From positions 90,832,001-90,896,000 of the forward strand of contig NC_058368.1 in the NCBI RefSeq assembly GCF_018350175.1: a DNA stretch of 64,000 bases. The letters run 5' to 3'. Shown one piece after another: positions 57,700 through 64,000 of the stretch. Below the pieces are notes generated by a model. It was given only the letters and a program-made list of their open reading frames with translations, did no database searches and was not told the origin of the DNA. The DNA comes from Felis catus. Taxonomy: Eukaryota. Within the stretch, counting starts at the first letter, position 1, and each line of letters opens with the position of its first letter. The translations under genes and the position numbers were made by a program.

Positions 57700-58404
57700 T
57701 CCACATTTCTAATAAGCTCCTGGGTGACACCCATGGTCTGAGGCCATTCATGAAGCCAGTGAGGGAGGAGGCACTTCTCTGGGAGGGCTTGGGGCTTCAT
57801 GTCCCTTCAGCCCCCATCTGTGCGCGTGGATATCATTCTGGGAGAATTTATTCAGTGCATACAGTTCAAAAGAATTCCTCCCAAAGTATTTGTCTAGGAA
57901 AAGAAAACCAAGCCTTTATGGGTGGTTACCACATGGCAGGGAATCCCTGTGGCCTCTTGCCCACCTGCACCCTTTTTCTGGGATCAGTGGCGGCCACCCC
58001 GTGCCCCCCTTCTGCCTGCCTGTGGGGCTGTGCAGCTCTGCTTCCAGCTGGCATGTGTGACCTTTCCAGGTATTTCAAGTGCTCTCTCCTGGTGCTGCCG
58101 AGCTTTGCCGATCCCCGAGGCGGTCATTTGTCAGATGGTCCCAGAGCCTCCCTACATCCTTTCAGATTCTCCTGCTGCTAAGACAGTCTGTGTCAGACAA
58201 CTCCCAGTGCCTGTCTTCCCCCCTGCAAGCAAGCAGCCCCAATGTTTTATAAACCAGAGAGAAACCAGAGTGCCAGAATTCTCCATCTAAACCTTTCCTT
58301 TACGCTTCCCCTTGTATACACCCTGCTCACACCAGAAGGCAGTGAACTTGGCCCACTGTGTGAGACCTTGAGGAGGGAATGAAGTCTTTGAAGGTGAAGT
58401 GACT

Positions 58405-58890
58405 TTTCATATTTATTGAGTGGCTGTGAGGTGCCACGCGCTGGTCTAGGGGCTGAGGGTCTAGCAAGGAAAACTCCTCTCCTGAGATCTTCTGGTGGGA
58501 GGGCAGAGACAGTGACCCAGTAAACAGCCTGCAAGTCAATTATTATAAAATGGTGTTATTAAAAAATAGAACAGAATGACAGAGTGGAGCATGACGGGGA
58601 AGGGGCACTTTTAGCCAAGGTCCCTCTGGGGAGAAGACATTTGAGTGGAGACCTGGGCTTCCAGGTGGAAGCAACAGCAGTTGCAAAGGCCTTGGGGCAG
58701 GAACTAAGTTGAAGTGTGCCAAGGACAGAAAGAAAATCTCTGTGACAGGAACTTTGAGCGAAGGAGAAGTCAGATGGTGGGGCAGCCATGCGGTGAGAAG
58801 TGCTGGAGGGTTTGGGGGCAGGTGCGTGACAGGTCTGATTCATGTTTCAGAGATTCCGTTGGGCACCTGTGTGAAGGATGGAGGTCACAC
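58405..58890 (-). mobile_element. L2 3' region
   Basis: atttattgagtg...gtgcca...gacatttgagtggagacctg...tgcaaaggccttggggcagga. Confidence 0.7.
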
Positions 58891-61800
58891 GGGCTCAGTT
58901 AGCCCTGGCTCCCGGCCTGGAGTGCTCTATGGCACTGTCAGCAAGTGGTGCAGCTTGTCATGGGAAGACCCTGCAGAGTGGTGAGCTCCCAGGACCAGGT
59001 TCCTTAAGCTGTTGAACCCTTGTGGGCCGAGCTTCCACTCTGTGCCACAGAGCTGTCCCTGAGTGATAGGTAGTGCCCACCTTGGGTCAGCTGGGTGCTG
59101 GAGGCCCAGGACGGCCAGTGTGCTCTGTGGAGGCTCGTGATGCCCTCACAGCATCTGCTGGGGTGGATGGCAGTGCAGAGCAGGGATGGGCAATCTGAGG
59201 ACAGGGATGCAGTGCCAGCACCAGTGTTTGCCCCACATTGGCAGGGAGGGAGTCTGGGCTGGGCTCAGGTGGGCCCCTGGGGAGTGCTCACCCTCTATTG
59301 AGGGAACCGAGCTGGCACCCAAGAGCTCAGGCCCAGGATTAAGGTTTCTGGGGTCGCAACAGAGACAGGACTGGCCCCCTCAGGTGGACCCCTCAGCTCA
59401 TCCCCCACCTAGGTTCTGGCTGACACCATCTCCCTCAGAGCCTCCTGTTCAGGTGTGCTTCCCCAGCCCCTCAGGCCCTAGCTCCCATCAGGCCTTGTTG
59501 TAGGACAAATGCTGTGTCCCCAGAGAGCTTTCCTGAGAATTCAGACTACCATTCTAGTGCCTGCAGGAGCACTTGGTGCTACAGGAAATGATTTTGTGGC
59601 TTTGCTTCCCTCTGGGGTGTTGGTTCCAAGGTCAGGTTCATCTGCCTGGCTTTCTGCTGACACAAGGCCTGGCACTAGAGATTAGAGGTCCAGCAAGGCT
59701 GGTGGATGAAGCAGGGACCCCCTGCCCTTCCTGTAGCCTGTCGGGGCCAGACACCCCTCCCTGGGCATCTGCCTTCCTCCAGGAACACATGCTTTGGGTA
59801 CTTGGGTCATTTCATTTTTTTGCCATTAAAAGTAAAGCTCAGAGAATCCATCTACTGGTGCTCTGAGGTGGTGGTGGTGTTTGTAGGGTGGATATTATGA
59901 GTGGAACTGCTGGAACAGAGCATGTGGGCATTTTTAATGATCAGAGATTCAGTGTGGAGGGCTGGCTCCCACCAGTCTGGCTTCCTTGTGCATGGGGAGT
60001 GGGGGCACGGAGGAGGCTGTCCTCAGCCTCTTCCATAGCACATTATTTGCTGACTAAATTTTCTCATTACCGTCCCCTGCCCTGCCTTCCCCCCACCTCC
60101 TGTCTAGGCCCAAGTTTGCATCTGTAGAAGGAGGAAAGGGCATTGGAGTCAGGTCCTGAAGTTTGAGTAGGAGTCTGCCAAGTGGGAAGGAGGTTCAGAA
60201 TATTCCAGGAGCTGTGTAGGGGCAGCCAGAATTTTAGCTTTCTGGACCCTAAGTATGGAGGGATACAGAGTGCTGTGGGGCTCAAGAGGCAGAGGCAGGG
60301 CACACAGGCTCAGCTGAGGGGAGGCTTGGCCCTGCCATCCTGTGGTTCTCAACTTCCTTTCCCTCCCTAGGACACTAACAGACAAGGTCCAGTCATGGGC
60401 ATTTGTGGGCATGAGATGTATTCTCCCTGGCCTTACTCAGGATGGCTTCTGAGAAAGTCAATGAGTTGAGGTTGCTAGGATCCCAAGATCATCCTGGAAT
60501 CTGTCCATTGTGGCTTCTTCCAAATCAGAGTCAGAACTACCCTCCTCATGCCACACCTCTCACTGCCAGCCATACCACTTTGGGGGTTGGGGCCCACAGC
60601 TGAGGTACATGGTTCAAGTCCTCTGAGGACACACAGCTGGGCCCTGGCATATTTGCTGTCTGCTGAGCCACCATTAACCTCAGACCTGTTGATCTGTGTG
60701 TCTATCCTTTTGCCAACATCACACTGTCTTGATTAATATAACTATATGTTAGGTTTTTGATATTGGGCAGAGTGATTGCCTCCATTTTATTCTTGTTTTT
60801 CTAAATTGTTACAGATAATTTTAGTTCCTTTCCCTTTCCATATAAATTTTAGAATAACCTTGTCTATATCTATAAAAAACTCTGCTCATATTTTGATTGG
60901 AATTGCCTTAAATTTATAGAACAATTTATGGAGAATTGACATCTTTATTGTGTTGAGTTTTTCAATCCATGAACATAGTATATCTCTCCATTTATTTAGG
61001 TCTTTAAAATTTCTTTTTATTGGCATTTTTTAGTTTTCAGGAAACAATTTTTAAAAATTTATTGCTAAGTATTTTCCTTTTTAAAAATGTTGTAAATGGC
61101 TTAGTTTTTTGTTTCTAAGAGTTTATTGCTAAAATATAGAAATATGATTGGGATTTATTATGTTTTGGTCTTATATCCTGTGACCTTACTAAGTTCACTT
61201 GTTATATCTAGAATTTCTTTTGTAGATTCTTTGGGATTTTTTTTACATAGACAGTTATGTCCGTGAGTAGGAACAGGTGTATTTCTTTCTTTCCAATCTG
61301 TATACCTTGTTTTTTGTTTGTTTGTTTTGCCTTATTGTACCCTCAGGACTTCTAGTACAATGTTGAATAGGAGTAGTGAGAATATTCCCTATCTTAGGGT
61401 GGAAAACATTCAGTCTTTCATGGCTGAGTTTCATAGTAGCTTTAGGTTTTTTTGTAAATGGTCTTTATCAGGTTGAAGAAATTTTTTTCTCTATTAGCTG
61501 AGAGTTTTAAATTTTCACTCATGAATGCATGTTGAATTTTATTGAATGATTTTTTTTTGCATATTTGATATAATCTTGTGGGTTTTTTTCTTCTTTAGTC
61601 TGTTAATATGGTAGAGTACTTTTACTTCTGTGTATTGTGTCAGCCTGCAGTCAAGGATGAATTCTACTTGTTTGCAGTATAGTACTTTCTATATTATACT
61701 TTCTACTTGTATGTAGTATATTGTAGTTTCTAGCAATCTGTGGATTGCTAGATTAGATTTGCCAATACTTTGTTGAAGATTTTTAAAAATCTATGTTCTT

Positions 61801-62411
61801 GAGGGATATAGGTCTATAATTCTTTTACCCTGGAACTATCTTTGTGTGGTTTTAGTATCAAGGTATGTAATGTTGGCTTTGTAAAATGAGTTGGGAATAT
61901 TTCCTTCTCTCTCTCTCTCTTTTTTTCTGAAAGAGATTGTGTAGAATTGATATCATTTCTTCCTTAAATGTTTGGTAGAATTTGTCAGTAGAACTATCTG
62001 GGCCTGGAGATTTCTTTTTTAGAAGTTTTTAAACTAGGAATTCAATTTCTTTAATAGTTATAGGACTTTTCAGGCTATCTACTTCACCTTAGGGTGAGTT
62101 TCCATAGCTTATGGTTTTTGAGGAAATCATGCCTTTCAATAAAATTTGAATTTATGTGCATAGAATTGTGCATAGTGATCCTTTACCTTTTTAATGCATG
62201 TGAAATCTTTATTCTTTCAAAAAATTTTCTGTATTTTCTTTCTTTTCAAAAATGTCAGTCTTTAAAGAGATTTATCAAATTTATTCATCTTTACAAAGAA
62301 CAAGCTCTCTTGGTTTCACTGATTTTTTCTATTATTTTTCTGTATTCAGGTTCATTGATTTTTACTCTGATTTTTATTATTTCTTTCCTTCCACTTGCTT
62401 TGGGTTTATTT

Positions 62412-62413
<2 letters not shown>

Positions 62414-62461
<48 letters not shown>

Positions 62462-62676
62462 TTTTTAATGTTTATTTTTGAGCGAGAGAGAGATATAGAG
62501 CATGAGTGGGTGAGGAGAAGAGAAAGAGAGAGAGAGAGACAGACAATCCTTAGCAGGCTCCAGGCTCTGAGCTGTCAGCACAGAGCCCCCCAATGCACAG
62601 TTTGAACTCACGAACTGTGAGATCATGTCCCGAGCCTAAGTTGGACGCTCAACCAGCTAAGCTACCCAGGCACCCC
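62414..62676 (-). mobile_element. Can-SINE with (TA)n-expanded tail
   Basis: (TA)n at ~62414-62457, SINE core, reverse head. Confidence 0.9.
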
Positions 62677-63267
62677 TTTTTGCTCTTATATTTTTAACCA
62701 TCAAAAATGTTTTTTAGTATTCCATTTTAATTTATCTGTGTGACTATAACTCTTTGTATGGTTGTGTTAGTGGTTGATCTAAGAGTTACAATAAACATGC
62801 TTAACTTTTCACCATCTACTTAGAATCAGTATTTTTACAACTTTAAGTTGAATGTTGAAACCATAGCATCAGATTGAACCATTTACTTTACTCTTTTTCT
62901 GTGTGGTTGTGTTTTATCCAGCTATATACAGTGAAAACCTTATTCTATAATGTTAAAACTTCTTACTTAAGAGAACACTCTATTATATTTTTCCAGATAT
63001 TTACTATTTCTGTTGTTCTTCCTTTATTTCTGATGTACAAAATTTCCTTCTAGTGTCATTCCCTTTATGTCTGAAGAACTTCCCTTAACTATTTTAGGGT
63101 GGGTCTGCTGGCAACTAATTCCATTAGTTTTCCTTAATCTGAGAATGTCTTTGTGTCTCCATAGTTCTTGATGGATATTTTTACTGGAAATAGAATTCTG
63201 GGTTGGTAGTTGTTTTCTTTCAGCATATTAAAAATGTTTTCCCACTTCCTTTTGATTCCATGAGAAT

Positions 63268-63315
63268 TTTTTTAATGTTTATTTTTGAGAGAGAGATAGA
63301 ACATGAGCAGGGGAG

Positions 63316-63351
<36 letters not shown>

Positions 63352-63479
63352 ATCCAAAGCAGGTTCCAGGCTCTGAGCTGTCAACACAAAGCCCGATGTG
63401 GGGCTCAAACTCAAGAGTTGTGAGATCATGACCTGAGCTGAAGTCGGACACTCAACCGACTGAGCCACCCAGGTGCCCC
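63268..63479 (-). mobile_element. Can-SINE
   Basis: Full body with (GA)n; reverse head gagccacccaggtgcccc. Confidence 0.93.
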
Positions 63480-64000
63480 TCGAAGAGAGTTTGAGTCATT
63501 TCCCTCACCCCCTCCTCCTATAAGTAATGCACTGTTTTCCTTCATATCCATTTAAAGACTTCCTTTTGTCTGTAGTTTCCAGTAGTTTGATTATAACATG
63601 TTTAGGAGTGTATTTCTTTGGATTTATCCTGTTTGAGGTTCACTATGGTGTTTAATCTGTAGATTTGTATCTTTCACCAAATTTCGGAAGTTTTTAGCCA
63701 TTATTTTTTCGATTATTTTTTTCATCACTGCATTCTTTCCCCTTTCCTTCTGGAACACCGGTGACATCAATGTTAGATCTTTTGGCATTTTCCCACAGGT
63801 CCCTAAGGCTCTTTTTATCATAAATTTTTTTTTTCTCTCTACTGTTTAAATTGGATAATTACTGTGGCCCTATCTTCAAGTTTACTGACTCATTCCTCTG
63901 TCATCTCCATTTTGCTATTGAGTCTACTCAGTGAGGTTTTTATTTTGGTTATTGTATGTAGTTTTTAGTTCTACAATTTCCATTTTGTTCTTTTTTTTGT

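Larger units (their letters stand above)
56652..57750. mobile_element. MER5A-like element split by an inverted L1 and a SINE
   Basis: Start tagtgcatctcagactt (56652); resumes catcgaatcatctgg... (57378) and catttctaataagctcctgggtga (57704). Confidence 0.6.
21908..64000 (+). other. ADAMTS2: ADAMTS2 intron 2 (partial, >42 kb, continues past window)
   Basis: Starts GTGAGT; no downstream ORF matches the expected exon 3 peptide (AGLIRMEEEEFFIEP-like, recalled from human); ADAMTS2 intron 2 is known to be very large. Confidence 0.85.
60680..64000 (-). mobile_element. Long old L1 (L1M-type, ORF2 and ORF1 debris) interrupted by two Can-SINEs
   Basis: ttccatataaattttagaata...ttgacatctttatt...caatccatgaacatag; ORF1-like IIEKIMAKNFRNLVKDTNLQI at 63624-63821; AT-rich. 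Confidence 0.85.

Overview
Mammalian (carnivore, almost certainly felid) genomic DNA, judged by about 27 feline-type Can-SINEs (SINEC_Fc-like) and a young felid L1. It holds one protein-coding gene: the 5' end of ADAMTS2 (procollagen N-proteinase) on the + strand inside a CpG island. Exon 1 CDS is 20374-20506 and exon 2 is 21513-21907, together encoding the signal peptide and most of the prodomain (176 codons). More than 42 kb of intron 2 follows, and exon 3 is not in the window. The upstream ~19.6 kb and intron 2 are mostly interspersed repeats (SINEC, L1, L2, MIR, L3/CR1, MaLR LTRs, hAT and TcMar DNA transposons) and microsatellites. No prokaryotic-type system, CRISPR array or RNA gene is supported. 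The most interesting signals cluster at the ADAMTS2 5' end. (1) An upstream AUG (20300) opens a +1 frame that stays open through exon 1 and all of exon 2 (>=200 codons, with a Cys string). (2) A tandem 5' splice donor 4 nt downstream would switch that frame into the protease frame. (3) An AUG-initiated poly-glycine uORF is read through a (GGC)n tract. These are hypotheses from sequence only. Repeat family names come from recognising consensus motifs by eye and need RepeatMasker/Dfam confirmation; boundaries of old repeats are approximate.
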